Shown: one piece after another, positions 1 to 9,710 of the stretch | How positions within the stretch are numbered: position 1 is the stretch's first letter | Layout: every line of letters begins with the position of its first letter | Source: Candidatus Aminicenantes bacterium | GTDB lineage: Bacteria > Acidobacteriota > Aminicenantia > Aminicenantales > Aminicenantaceae | DNA length: 64,000 nt | Direction of reading: 5' to 3' | Assembly: GCA_021162615.1 (NCBI GenBank) | Contig: JAGGYH010000080.1 | Span: forward strand, 34,899 to 98,898 | Translations under genes and position numbers: made by a program | The notes under the pieces: generated by a model | The model's input: the letters and a program-made list of their open reading frames with translations, nothing else | Databases searched by the model: none | What the model was told of the DNA's origin: nothing

Positions 1-29
1 AAAGAAAAAAATCATCAATACTTTCCCAA

Positions 30-995
30 TTGAGTCAAATCGGATTTCAAAAAAAATTACTTAAGAACGAAATCATCCTGAACCAGACAAAACTCAAAAA
101 AGCGAATCAGGAACTTTCAGTATTAGAGAAAAAAATTCCCTCTATTCAAAAAAAACTGGAAGAAGAAAAGCAGGCTGTTGAGAAAATACTGGTAGCTTTG
201 TACAAGCTTGGGAAAATAGACTATTTTGAACTCATGCTCAAAGTTAATGACGCTGCTGGATTTTTAATTGAAAACAAACATCTCACCCTTATAGCAAGGC
301 ATCAAGAAAAAAAAATATCCGAGTATCTATATACTCTGGATGAATTAAACGAATCTCTTTCCGAAGCAGAAAAAAAGAAAAAAGAAATAAAGGCTCTGGT
401 CCTCAGTTCCGAGCAGAAGAATCAAGAACTCATTTCCCAGGAAAAGAGATACACTTCACTTATCAATAGAATAAACAGCAACAAAGAATCCTATCAAAAA
501 ACCATAAAGGAACTGCAAGAAAGATCTGAACAACTGCAAAATCTAATGGAGAAAATACTTAAAAATCCGAGTTCCATTCCTGTTAACCTTATTCCCATGT
601 ACGAAAAAAAAGGATCCCTGCCGTGGCCCATACAAGGAAAAGTCATATCATCATTCGGACTTAAAAGGCATCCGAAATTCAACACCATAACAAAAAACAA
701 CGGCATAGAGATATCACCGGGGGGAAATTCTGTAGTAAAATGCATACACCCGGGCATAGTCGTGTATACAGACTATTTCCAGGGATACGGGAATCTCATA
801 ATCATAGACCATGGGATGTCCTATTATTCTCTTTATGGTCACTGCTCGAGTTTCATCGTTTCTAAGGGCGATGCCGTGAATTCAGGCCAGCCTATTGCCA
901 TAGTGGGAGATACCAGCTCCCTATCCGGAAAAAGCCTGTATTTTGAGGTCCGCTATAAGACCAAACCTCTAGATCCCTTGAAATGGCTGAAATAA
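30..995 (+). CDS. envC: Murein hydrolase activator EnvC-like: N-terminal coiled coil plus C-terminal M23/LytM peptidase domain. Reading frame is open to position 1, so the gene may start upstream of the window.
   Basis: ORF-track protein has a long K/E-rich coiled-coil N-half and a C-terminal LytM-like block (GNLIIIDHG..YYSLYGH..IAIVGDTS..LYFEVR). TTG start at 30 with no upstream in-frame stop. Followed by S41 peptidase and a yibQ-like gene, as in the enterobacterial envC neighbourhood. Confidence 0.7.
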   Translation: MSQIGFQKKLLKNEIILNQTKLKKANQELSVLEKKIPSIQKKLEEEKQAVEKILVALYKLGKIDYFELMLKVNDAAGFLIENKHLTLIARHQEKKISEYLYTLDELNESLSEAEKKKKEIKALVLSSEQKNQELISQEKRYTSLINRINSNKESYQKTIKELQERSEQLQNLMEKILKNPSSIPVNLIPMYEKKGSLPWPIQGKVISSFGLKRHPKFNTITKNNGIEISPGGNSVVKCIHPGIVVYTDYFQGYGNLIIIDHGMSYYSLYGHCSSFIVSKGDAVNSGQPIAIVGDTSSLSGKSLYFEVRYKTKPLDPLKWLK

Positions 996-1032
996 AGATG
1001 GTACAATCAGATAGCATCAAGGATGTGAGACC

Positions 1033-2175
1033 ATGGGCTTTATGAAAAAAAGAATTTTTCTTTTTACTCTATTAGGCGCTGTCAGCGTGTTTTTTATCCT
1101 GGAAGGGAATCTTTTAAAAAACCCGAACACACTTCTGGAATCAGATAACAGTTTCATCATCCTGGCCAGAGCCATAAACCTCATCAGAAGCGAGTATGTT
1201 GAGGAACCAGCTCCCGGCAAAACAATGGAAGGTGCCTTTAAAGGGCTGGTCAATTCTCTTGACATCCGTTCCAGTTACCTGGATGAAAAAAGTAAGGAAA
1301 AATTCAAACGCCTCAATGGAACCCCAGCTTATGAAACCGGCCTGGTTCTGTATAAAACCTATAACTCTTTTCCCGTGGTCATAGGGATCAAAGAAAATTC
1401 CCCGGCAGAAAAACAGGGAATCGAACTGGGAGAGAGCATCGGGACGATTAACGGTATGTCTACTTTAGAAATGAGTATGATAGAGGCTGATCTATCACAA
1501 AAAAGTGAAAAAGCCGATAGTATCACCATCAAAATCCTTAGAAGAACAAAGGATGAAGAAATCACGCTCAAGAGAGAAAGAGTAAACCCAACGTTATATT
1601 CCTTTGAGCCTGAAAAAGGACCAGGAGGGATTTTAAAGGTCCATGTTCTGTTCCCGCCCGCAGTCAAAGAGATAAAAAAGAATGTGATCCCTCAAATCTC
1701 AACCGCCAACTCCCCTTTGATCATTGACCTAAGATGCTGTCACGAAGGTACCCTGGAAGAAGCATGGGGCCTCATAAACATCTTCATGCAAAAAAAGGAC
1801 ATCGGGTATATGGAGACAAAAGGAAACAAAAAACAAGCTGTCAACTGTCTGGAGACCGCACTGCTTCCTGAAATACCCCTTCTTTTATGGACAAACCAGG
1901 CAACAATAGGAGCTTCAGAAGCAGCGGCCTTTGTTTTGCAGAAATACAGAGATGCGACAGTAATCGGGATGAAGACACCCGGCCTTATGTCAGATGAAAA
2001 ACTCATCTCCTTAAACGACGGAACGGGAATTGTCCTGACCACGGGTATATTTCATCCATTTTCAAAAGCTGAATCATGGAATCAAGGAATCGATCCTGAC
2101 ATAACACTGAAAAAAACCGACTTAAGTTTAAAAGCCTATCTCGAAGCTTCCCTCAAGTCGCTTTCTAAAACATAA
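1033..2175 (+). CDS. S41 family C-terminal processing peptidase (tail-specific protease) with signal anchor and PDZ domain
   Basis: N-terminal hydrophobic segment, PDZ-like block (GLVLYKT..PAEKQGIELGESIGTINGMS) and S41-like catalytic region (TNQATIGASEAAAF). 380 aa is typical of CtpA-type enzymes. Confidence 0.7.
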   Translation: MGFMKKRIFLFTLLGAVSVFFILEGNLLKNPNTLLESDNSFIILARAINLIRSEYVEEPAPGKTMEGAFKGLVNSLDIRSSYLDEKSKEKFKRLNGTPAYETGLVLYKTYNSFPVVIGIKENSPAEKQGIELGESIGTINGMSTLEMSMIEADLSQKSEKADSITIKILRRTKDEEITLKRERVNPTLYSFEPEKGPGGILKVHVLFPPAVKEIKKNVIPQISTANSPLIIDLRCCHEGTLEEAWGLINIFMQKKDIGYMETKGNKKQAVNCLETALLPEIPLLLWTNQATIGASEAAAFVLQKYRDATVIGMKTPGLMSDEKLISLNDGTGIVLTTGIFHPFSKAESWNQGIDPDITLKKTDLSLKAYLEASLKSLSKT

Positions 2176-2182
2176 AACTCAA

Positions 2183-3319
2183 TTGAACAGAGACAATCAC
2201 AAAATCCTGACTCTTTACCTGGTATTGACTTGTTTAGCCATTATCTCGTTTCTTGGCCTCGATTATATTGACTGGAGAAAAGGAAACATTTCGGTTGTTT
2301 TTTCCGCTTTTTCCAGGAAGGAAAAAATCCCTGAGAGAAAAAAAAATCTGGTCCGAATCGTCGAACAAACAGTCCTTACTCAACAGATCCCGCAAAAAAA
2401 TATAAGCAAATACACAGATGAATATGGAGTATGTCATATTATGATCGGCCTGGATATGAAAAAATACAGTCTCCTAGAAAAAACCCTTGAAGAAAAATTC
2501 CGAAAAATAGATGCCTCCATCCAAAAAAAAAGTGAGCAGCAGAAAAAGGATAGAAACTATCTTCTATGGGAAGTGGATAAAAAAGGAGAAACATCCCTCT
2601 CTCTCCTTTTTTCTATTGAACCTGAAAAAAAGACAGAAAAATTACATATCCCCCAAAATCAGGCTGCTCTCATCATAGATGACATGGGATATTCCATGGA
2701 AAATATGGAAGATATCTGTTTAATGAAAAAAGACCTGACCGTCGCTATCCTCCCTTTCAGCCCTCATGCTGAAGAGACAGCTGAGGTTGCAAGAAAAAAC
2801 GGGATTGAAATCATCCTTCATCTGCCTCTTGAATCAATGAACAATACCTATGACAACGAACACACGGAAGGGCTCATAAATTCCAGGATGAGCCGGAAGG
2901 AAATCATAGATATTTTAGATTCCAATCTGAAACAAGTCCCTTTCATCTCAGGTGTTAACACTCATATGGGATCTAAAGTAACCAAAGACAAAGTGCTTAT
3001 GGAAATCATCCTTGAAAACATAAAGGAGAGAGACCTTTATTTCATAGACAGCCGGACCACAGCCGATTCAGTAGCCTATGAAGTGGCCCAAAAAATGAAT
3101 ATTCCTTCTGCCTACCGGCAAATTTTTCTCGATAGTGAAACCGAACCGGAATTTATAAAGAACCAGCTCATCAAGCTTTTCAAAACAGCTGAAAAAAAAG
3201 GGAAAGCGGTAGGCATATGTCATCCCTTCCCGGAGACCATGAAAGTTTTAAAGGAAAATATATACAAAGCAGAAAAGTATAACGTAAGTCTTGTGTTTGC
3301 ATCCAAAATAGTTCATTGA
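2183..3319 (+). CDS. Divergent polysaccharide deacetylase family protein (YibQ-like) with N-terminal TM anchor
   Basis: TTG start, TM helix (ILTLYLVLTCLAIISFLGL), then a YibQ/DUF610-like C-terminal region (LIIDDMGYS..VAILPFSPHAEE..GVNTHMGSKVT..GICHPFPETMK). Synteny after envC-like gene. Confidence 0.6.
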   Translation: MNRDNHKILTLYLVLTCLAIISFLGLDYIDWRKGNISVVFSAFSRKEKIPERKKNLVRIVEQTVLTQQIPQKNISKYTDEYGVCHIMIGLDMKKYSLLEKTLEEKFRKIDASIQKKSEQQKKDRNYLLWEVDKKGETSLSLLFSIEPEKKTEKLHIPQNQAALIIDDMGYSMENMEDICLMKKDLTVAILPFSPHAEETAEVARKNGIEIILHLPLESMNNTYDNEHTEGLINSRMSRKEIIDILDSNLKQVPFISGVNTHMGSKVTKDKVLMEIILENIKERDLYFIDSRTTADSVAYEVAQKMNIPSAYRQIFLDSETEPEFIKNQLIKLFKTAEKKGKAVGICHPFPETMKVLKENIYKAEKYNVSLVFASKIVH

Positions 3320-3399
3320 ACAGATTATGGTTATTGATCTGGATTAAGTATTTGCTAAATGACAAAGCTTTATCTATATTTAATGATGAGGAGGAAAAA

Positions 3400-3969
3400 A
3401 TGAAAAAAAGAAGCCCGTTTGCCACCGCTACTTCCCTCTTTTTTCTTTTAACAGCATTAATGACCCTGGGAAACAGTTGTACGAAGGCAATGAGTCCTGA
3501 AGAATTGAAATCTTCCATTGAACTAACGGATATCGAGACAAGATGGGAAAAAAAATATTACCAGCCCTGGCCTCCCAAGCTGATTCTGGTCCCTGCCATT
3601 AGTTTCAAAGTCAAGAACATAGGAGAAGAGCCTTTATCCTATATCTACTTCAACGGGATATTCCGTTTTGTTGGAGAAAAAGAAAACATGGGAGATAATT
3701 TCTTAGCAGGGATACACGGAAAACCTCTTATGCCCGGAGAGACAAGCGAAGACATAACACTGCAGAGCAACTTTGGTGTGGAGGGCGATAATGTGAATCA
3801 TTTTAAAAACAATCCTGAATGGAAAACAGCTGAAGTGAGGATATTTGCCAAATCAAAAGGTGCCCAATATGTACTTCTGGATGAATACACCATATCAAAA
3901 AAGATCAATTTTAAAGAACCGGAACCAGTAGGAAAAGGAGAAGAAAAAAAGAAGAATCCTAAAAAGTGA
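3400..3969 (+). CDS. Hypothetical secreted/lipoprotein-like protein
   Basis: ORF 3316..3969 trimmed to the internal ATG at 3400, which is preceded by AGGAGG. Signal-peptide-like N-terminus (MKKRSPFATATSLFFLLTALMTLGNSC). No recognisable domain. Confidence 0.45.
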   Translation: MKKRSPFATATSLFFLLTALMTLGNSCTKAMSPEELKSSIELTDIETRWEKKYYQPWPPKLILVPAISFKVKNIGEEPLSYIYFNGIFRFVGEKENMGDNFLAGIHGKPLMPGETSEDITLQSNFGVEGDNVNHFKNNPEWKTAEVRIFAKSKGAQYVLLDEYTISKKINFKEPEPVGKGEEKKKNPKK

Positions 3970-4043
3970 AACAGAGAATTTAATCCATACGAAACTGATT
4001 TTTTTCAAAGAAACAAAAAAAATAAAATAATGGAAAACGAACC

Positions 4044-5369
4044 ATGAGTAATAAAAAAAAGAAAATCAGCAGAAGAAAGTTTTTAAAGAATGCATCACTG
4101 GCAGCGGCCGGCCTCGCTGCATCTCCCTACATCATACCCTCGTCTGTAATGGGGTTAAAGAAAAATACGCCTCCGAGCGATAAAATAGTCATGGCCGGAG
4201 TCGGCTTCGGAATGATGGGTATCCCAAATATGCAAAACTTTCTGAGTAAGGATGAAGTACAGTGGGTCGCTGTTTGCGATATAGACCAGAATCATCTCAT
4301 CCAAGCAAGAGATATTGTGAATGAGAAATACGGAAACAAAGACTGCGCCGCTTATCATAACTTCAGGGAACTTTGCACAAGAGAGGACATCGATGCTGTT
4401 TGTCTGGCTTTACCGGATCACTGGCATGCGATCGCTGCCATATACTGCGCCCGGGCTGGGTTTGACATATACGGAGAAAAGCCTTTCACCCATAGCCTTA
4501 GGGAAGGCCGCGCCGTATGCAATTCCATTAAACGATATAGCCGCATCTGGCAGACCGGAAGCTGGCAGAGATCTGTCGCCAATTTTCATAGAGCAGCCGA
4601 ACTTGTGCGCAATGGACGTATAGGGAAAGTGAAAAAAATCGAGGTCGGTCTTCCCCAGGGGCACCATGACTTTGCCGGAACAAAGGGCCAGGAAACAATG
4701 GGGCCTCCTCCAGCTTATCTGGACTATGACTTCTGGCTGGGCCCAGCTCCTTACGCTCCCTATTGTCCGGCACGGGTGCATAGAAACTGGAGATGGAACA
4801 TGGATTACGGTGGAGGCCAACTCATGGATTGGGTGGGCCACCATGTGGACATCGCTCACTGGGGGATGGGATATGATTCGACAGGACCTGTGGAAATCAA
4901 AGGAACCGCACAGTACGATCGCGCTGGAGTCTGGAACAGTCCGACTCGGTATTACATTGAACTCAAGTATGCGGACGGAACCCCCATGACCGTAGCCGGA
5001 GGTTATCCTGAAATCCGGAGCGGGACAAAATGGATCGGTGAACACGGGTGGGTATGGTGTGATAGGGGCGGTTTTGAAACCCATCCTGCATCACTGATCA
5101 AGGAATTTATTGGGCCGGATGAGACAAAACTATATCAAAGCAGTGACCATTATCAAAACTTTCTGGACTGCATAAAAACAAGAAAAACGACCATAACCCC
5201 TGCTGAAACAGCTCACAGATCTGCTAGTGTGGGTCACCTTGGAGTGATCGCTATTGAAACAGGACGCAAAATACACTTTGACCCGGAAACAGAGACCATA
5301 AAGAATGACCCAGAAGCTCAACGCCTTCTAAGCCGTTCCTTTCGTAAACCCTGGCAACTTCCAGAATGA
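4044..5369 (+). CDS. Gfo/Idh/MocA family oxidoreductase, Tat-exported (putative periplasmic glycoside/sugar dehydrogenase)
   Basis: Twin-arginine motif SRRKFLKNASLAAAGLAASP. Rossmann VMAGVGFGMMG, CDID, and the GEKP motif typical of this family. Confidence 0.8.
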   Translation: MSNKKKKISRRKFLKNASLAAAGLAASPYIIPSSVMGLKKNTPPSDKIVMAGVGFGMMGIPNMQNFLSKDEVQWVAVCDIDQNHLIQARDIVNEKYGNKDCAAYHNFRELCTREDIDAVCLALPDHWHAIAAIYCARAGFDIYGEKPFTHSLREGRAVCNSIKRYSRIWQTGSWQRSVANFHRAAELVRNGRIGKVKKIEVGLPQGHHDFAGTKGQETMGPPPAYLDYDFWLGPAPYAPYCPARVHRNWRWNMDYGGGQLMDWVGHHVDIAHWGMGYDSTGPVEIKGTAQYDRAGVWNSPTRYYIELKYADGTPMTVAGGYPEIRSGTKWIGEHGWVWCDRGGFETHPASLIKEFIGPDETKLYQSSDHYQNFLDCIKTRKTTITPAETAHRSASVGHLGVIAIETGRKIHFDPETETIKNDPEAQRLLSRSFRKPWQLPE

Positions 5370-5397
5370 ATGGAATCCCATATCAAAGAGGCGAAAC

Positions 5398-7377
5398 ATG
5401 AAAAGAAGAAAAAACAACATAACATATTTGATCCTAATCGGTATCCTGTTTTTTGGATTTTCAGGAGCCTTCCTTTGTTCAGCCCAGGGAAAAAAGCTCT
5501 TATCTCTTCTCAAACAGCTTGAAACATATGAAGAGGGTGAAAACGACAATCTTGTTCTTGAATTAAACGCCTATATCCGCTCTCACAGAGCCACAAAAGA
5601 ACAACGCCTGGAATGCGAACGCCAGCTCCTTTCTTTCCTCAAAACAAATGCCTCTGAAACCGCAAAAATGCTGGCCTGCCGTCACTTGAGGATCATCGGA
5701 ACTAAAGAATCAATCCCTGTACTTAAAGACATGCTTTTAAAAAAGGAAACCACGGATATGGCGAGATATGCTCTGGAAAAAATACCGGATAGGGCTTCTG
5801 ATAAGGCCCTGTTAAGTGCCCTACACAACAGCAGCGGCCTTATCAAAGCGGGGATCATTTCTTCTTTAGGGCACAGAAAAGTCTCCGAGGCGGTCCCCTC
5901 CCTTAAAGAAATCCTGAATGAAAACACCGGTTCATCCCTATCCCTTGCTGCTGCTGCAGCGTTGGGGCATATAGGAAATTCTGGAGCCGCAGATGCGCTT
6001 TCCCTTGCCCTTTCTCAGACTGAAGGAGAGCTTAAGGTTCAGGTTGCAGGGTCGCTTTTAAAATGCGCGGAGCAGTATCTTTCAGATGGAGATAATGAGC
6101 AAGCCGCGCATATCTATGACCGGATCCTTACCGCAGACCTTCCGTCATCCCTGCACAACAGTGCAGTCAGAGGGAAAATAAATGCAGCGGGTGAAGAGGG
6201 AACAAAGTACATTCTTGAAGCCCTTAAAAACAAAAAAAAAGAAATCAATCCTTCCTGTATTGAGATGATCCCGGAATGTTTTGATTCTTCAAATATCGCC
6301 AGTGTGTGCGCTCTGCTCCCTACACTGCCCCCCTCGGCAAAAGCCCAACTGATCTCAGTCCTTTCCCTGTACCCGGATAAGGGAGTGCGGCAAGCTGTCC
6401 TTGATTCAGCACAAAACAGTTCCCCAGCCGTAAGGATCGCTTCTCTGAAAACTTTAAAGCAAATAGGTGACTCATCTACGGTCGCTTTCCTCGCTCAATA
6501 TGCGGCCTCCTCCCAAGGAGAGGACCAGCAGCAGGCCCGAATAAGCCTTTTGGGGCTTAAAGGGGACGGCATTGACAGCACCATCATCTCAAACCTGAAC
6601 AGCGAAAAAACTCCTGAGATACAAATAGAATACCTCAAAGCCTTGGAACAAAGGCAGGTGTATTCAGGAAAGGATGTTGTTTTTGAAACATTAAGCTCTT
6701 CAATCCCGGAAGTACGGCTTCAGGCTATCAAATCCATAAAACAAATATCCTCTCCGGGGGACATCCCGAGGCTCCTTGAATTCCTCATAAAAACGGAAAA
6801 CGATACGGACAGGGAAGAAATGATAAACACCATTGTTTTCACAGCTTTAAAAATACAGGACCCCCTGCACAGAGGAGAGTCCGTCAAAACAGTCCTCCCT
6901 CAAGTCCAAGATCCCCGTGCCCGCTCATCCCTTTATCTTCTCCTCGGAAGGATAGGCGATGACAGCACTCTTCCCGTACTTCGGTCAGGATTGAGTGAAA
7001 AAAACGAGATGGTTCATGACTCAGTCACGAGAGCCTTTGCCAGCTGGCCCACTTCCACAGCCGCGGAAGACGTCCTCTATATTGCCGAAACATCCAATAA
7101 ACCGGAATACCGGATCCTCTGCCTCAGGGCCTATATAAGAATGGTTGAAATGGAGCCTTATCAAAGGCCTGAGGCTGCGGTCCGATCCTTAGAAAACGCC
7201 CTGAACCTCACTGAAAGGGTCCAGGAAAAGGTCTTGATTCTGGGAGCGCTTCAAAAATTCCCATGCGATCGCGCGGCAAACGTTACGGAGCGGCTCACGA
7301 AAGACGGCGATGTTGAACAGGAAGCCAAAAAAACACTTATTCTTATTAAAGATAAACTAAAGAAAGGGGGAGAATAA
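5398..7377 (+). CDS. Secreted HEAT-repeat (PBS-lyase-like) protein
   Basis: Signal peptide, then many about 30-aa repeats of the HEAT-like pattern A..ALG.IG...A...L. No CxxCH motif. AGAGG RBS before the ATG. Confidence 0.6.
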   Translation: MKRRKNNITYLILIGILFFGFSGAFLCSAQGKKLLSLLKQLETYEEGENDNLVLELNAYIRSHRATKEQRLECERQLLSFLKTNASETAKMLACRHLRIIGTKESIPVLKDMLLKKETTDMARYALEKIPDRASDKALLSALHNSSGLIKAGIISSLGHRKVSEAVPSLKEILNENTGSSLSLAAAAALGHIGNSGAADALSLALSQTEGELKVQVAGSLLKCAEQYLSDGDNEQAAHIYDRILTADLPSSLHNSAVRGKINAAGEEGTKYILEALKNKKKEINPSCIEMIPECFDSSNIASVCALLPTLPPSAKAQLISVLSLYPDKGVRQAVLDSAQNSSPAVRIASLKTLKQIGDSSTVAFLAQYAASSQGEDQQQARISLLGLKGDGIDSTIISNLNSEKTPEIQIEYLKALEQRQVYSGKDVVFETLSSSIPEVRLQAIKSIKQISSPGDIPRLLEFLIKTENDTDREEMINTIVFTALKIQDPLHRGESVKTVLPQVQDPRARSSLYLLLGRIGDDSTLPVLRSGLSEKNEMVHDSVTRAFASWPTSTAAEDVLYIAETSNKPEYRILCLRAYIRMVEMEPYQRPEAAVRSLENALNLTERVQEKVLILGALQKFPCDRAANVTERLTKDGDVEQEAKKTLILIKDKLKKGGE

Positions 7378-7468
7378 AACTTTAAAATTTTTGAAAAATT
7401 TAAGGACATGGATTAAACTATTATTCTCTCTGACAAGTTTTTTTATCCTATGAACAGGAGGTCAAATA

Positions 7469-8641
7469 ATGACCCAAATAAAAAAACAAAACAAGCATCC
7501 TAAAAAACTGACATACGGCATGGTCGGAGGAGGAGAGGGGGCTTTCATCGGAGATGTGCACCGGAAAGCCATCGCCATGGACGGAAAAGCAGAACTTGCT
7601 GCAGGGTGTTTCTCCAGGGATTTTGAGAACACCAAAAACACAGGCCAAAGGCTGGGACTGGACAGCAGCCGGTTATACCCCACATACAAAGACATGTTTG
7701 AAAAGGAGAGCCAAAGAGAGGACGGCATTGACTTTGTGGTCATTGTCACTCCTAATAACACCCACTTCTCCATTTCAAAAGCTTCCCTGGAGCACGGAAT
7801 CCATGTGGTGTGTGACAAGCCCCTCACCATATCCAGCCGGGAGTCTGAACAGCTGGCTGAGATATCAGACGAAAAAGACCTCTTATTCTGTGTGACATAC
7901 ACCTATACCGGTTACCCCATGGTCAAGCAGATGAAAGCAATGATAGCCAACGGAGAACTGGGAGAAATCCGCTTCATAAACGCAGAATACCCTCAGGAAT
8001 GGCTGGCGGCCTCTATAGAAAAAACGGGGCAGAAACAATCCGTTTGGAGAACAGATCCCTCCCAGTCCGGTGCCTCGAACTGCGTGGGAGATATAGGGAG
8101 CCATATCGAAAATATGGTCTCTTATCTAACGGGCTTAAAAATCACATCTCTTTGTGCCCGTCTGGATACCTTTGTGGAAGGCAGGATTCTTGACGACAAT
8201 GCATCCATACTGGTGGAATATGACCGCGGGGCTAAAGGCCTCTATTGGAGCAGCCAGGTCGCCATTGGACATGATAACGGACTGAAAGTCAGAATATACG
8301 GGAAAAAAGCTTCCATTGAATGGTTTCAAGAAAATCCCAACTCCTTCAGGATATCTTATCTTGATAAACCCACAGAGATCATATCGCGAGGAAGAGACAA
8401 GATGGCCCTCTCCGCAGAAAGAGTATCGCGTGTCCCAGCTGGCCACCCTGAAGGCTATTTCGAAGCCTTTGCCAATATATACAGCACATTCCTCACAGCA
8501 CTTGACAAAAAAATCAATAAAATACCTCTAAAGGAAGAGGACGCAGACTATCCGGGTATCAAAGAAGGATATCAAGGAGTGAGGTTTATAGAAAGATGCG
8601 TTGAAAGTTCCCAGAAAGGAACGGTATGGGTTGACTTTTAA
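7469..8641 (+). CDS. Gfo/Idh/MocA family oxidoreductase (cytoplasmic, no signal peptide)
   Basis: GMVGGGEGAFIG Rossmann motif and CDKPLT motif. AGGAGG RBS. Confidence 0.8.
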   Translation: MTQIKKQNKHPKKLTYGMVGGGEGAFIGDVHRKAIAMDGKAELAAGCFSRDFENTKNTGQRLGLDSSRLYPTYKDMFEKESQREDGIDFVVIVTPNNTHFSISKASLEHGIHVVCDKPLTISSRESEQLAEISDEKDLLFCVTYTYTGYPMVKQMKAMIANGELGEIRFINAEYPQEWLAASIEKTGQKQSVWRTDPSQSGASNCVGDIGSHIENMVSYLTGLKITSLCARLDTFVEGRILDDNASILVEYDRGAKGLYWSSQVAIGHDNGLKVRIYGKKASIEWFQENPNSFRISYLDKPTEIISRGRDKMALSAERVSRVPAGHPEGYFEAFANIYSTFLTALDKKINKIPLKEEDADYPGIKEGYQGVRFIERCVESSQKGTVWVDF

Positions 8642-8664
8642 TACGCACATAAAAGGAGGATAAA

Positions 8665-9660
8665 TTGGAAAGACCCGTCACATTATTTACCGGACAATGG
8701 GCAGATATGGCTTTTAAGGATATCTGCAAAAAAGCAAAAGAATGGGGTTATGACGGCCTTGAGATCGCTTGCTGGGGCGATCATATGGAAGTGAATAAAG
8801 CTGATAAAGATCCTGATTATATCAGCAGGAAAAAACAAATACTGGAAAAAAACGGGCTGAACTGCTGGGCTCTCGGAGCTCATCTGGCAGGCCAGTGTGT
8901 GGGCGACCTTTATGATGACCGCCTGGACGGATTCGTCCCGGATAAAGCAAAAGGAAATCCTGAAAAAATGAGAGCGTGGGCCATTGAGCAGATGAAAACA
9001 ACAGCCAAAGCCGCCAAAGATATGGGATGCTCGGTGGTCAACGGTTTTATGGGTTCCCCTATTTGGAAATTCTGGTATTCATTTCCCCAGACTACAGAAC
9101 AAATGATAGAAGCGGGTTTTAAAGAGATAAAAAAACTCTGGACGCCGATTTTAGATGAATTCGACCGCTACAAAGTCAAATTCGCTCTGGAGGTCCATCC
9201 CACTGAGATTGCATTTGATTTCTATACCACGCAAAAACTGTTCAATGTCTTTGAACACAGACCCACCCTCGGATTGAACTTTGACCCCAGTCATCTGGTC
9301 TGGCAGGGAATGGACCCAAAACTTTTCATACGCGAATTTTCCGATCGGATCTATCATGTCCATATGAAAGATGTGGCCGTGACCCTTGACGGAAAATCCG
9401 GCATACTGGGCTCTCACCTTCCGTTCGGCGACCTCAGAAGAGGATGGAACTTCAGGTCACTTGGCCACGGAGATGTTGACTTTGAAGAGATCATACGGGA
9501 ATTGAACGATGCCGGATACACAGGCCCTCTATCAGTGGAATGGGAAGATAACGGCATGGACCGGGAGTACGGAGCACAGGAATCTGTGGAATTTGTCAAA
9601 AGCATCAATTTTTCGCCATCAGAAGTCGCTTTTGATAAAGACATGAAAACTGAAAAATAA
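8665..9660 (+). CDS. Sugar phosphate isomerase/epimerase (xylose isomerase-like TIM barrel)
   Basis: TTG start 8 nt after AAAGGAGGA. TIM-barrel-like sequence (YDGLEIACWGDHMEV.., metal-ligand-like E/D/H pattern). Common partner of Gfo/Idh/MocA enzymes. Confidence 0.6.
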   Translation: MERPVTLFTGQWADMAFKDICKKAKEWGYDGLEIACWGDHMEVNKADKDPDYISRKKQILEKNGLNCWALGAHLAGQCVGDLYDDRLDGFVPDKAKGNPEKMRAWAIEQMKTTAKAAKDMGCSVVNGFMGSPIWKFWYSFPQTTEQMIEAGFKEIKKLWTPILDEFDRYKVKFALEVHPTEIAFDFYTTQKLFNVFEHRPTLGLNFDPSHLVWQGMDPKLFIREFSDRIYHVHMKDVAVTLDGKSGILGSHLPFGDLRRGWNFRSLGHGDVDFEEIIRELNDAGYTGPLSVEWEDNGMDREYGAQESVEFVKSINFSPSEVAFDKDMKTEK

Positions 9661-9710
9661 AGATTACCTTATTCAACGACCGGCCCGAAAAAGAGACAAG
9701 GAAAAGAAAG

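Noticed and set aside
4410-5084. 224-aa antisense ORF inside the Gfo/Idh/MocA gene (and similar antisense ORFs 19300-19911, 52061-52828, 54343-55065, 8135-8446, 14238-14720)
   Set aside because: They lie fully antisense to genes with strong domain support, have no RBS, and show composition typical of shadow ORFs.
7382-7403. TTAAAATTTTTGAAAAATTTAA palindrome after the HEAT-repeat gene as a terminator
   Set aside because: AT-only stem with no GC clamp. Too weak to call a rho-independent terminator.
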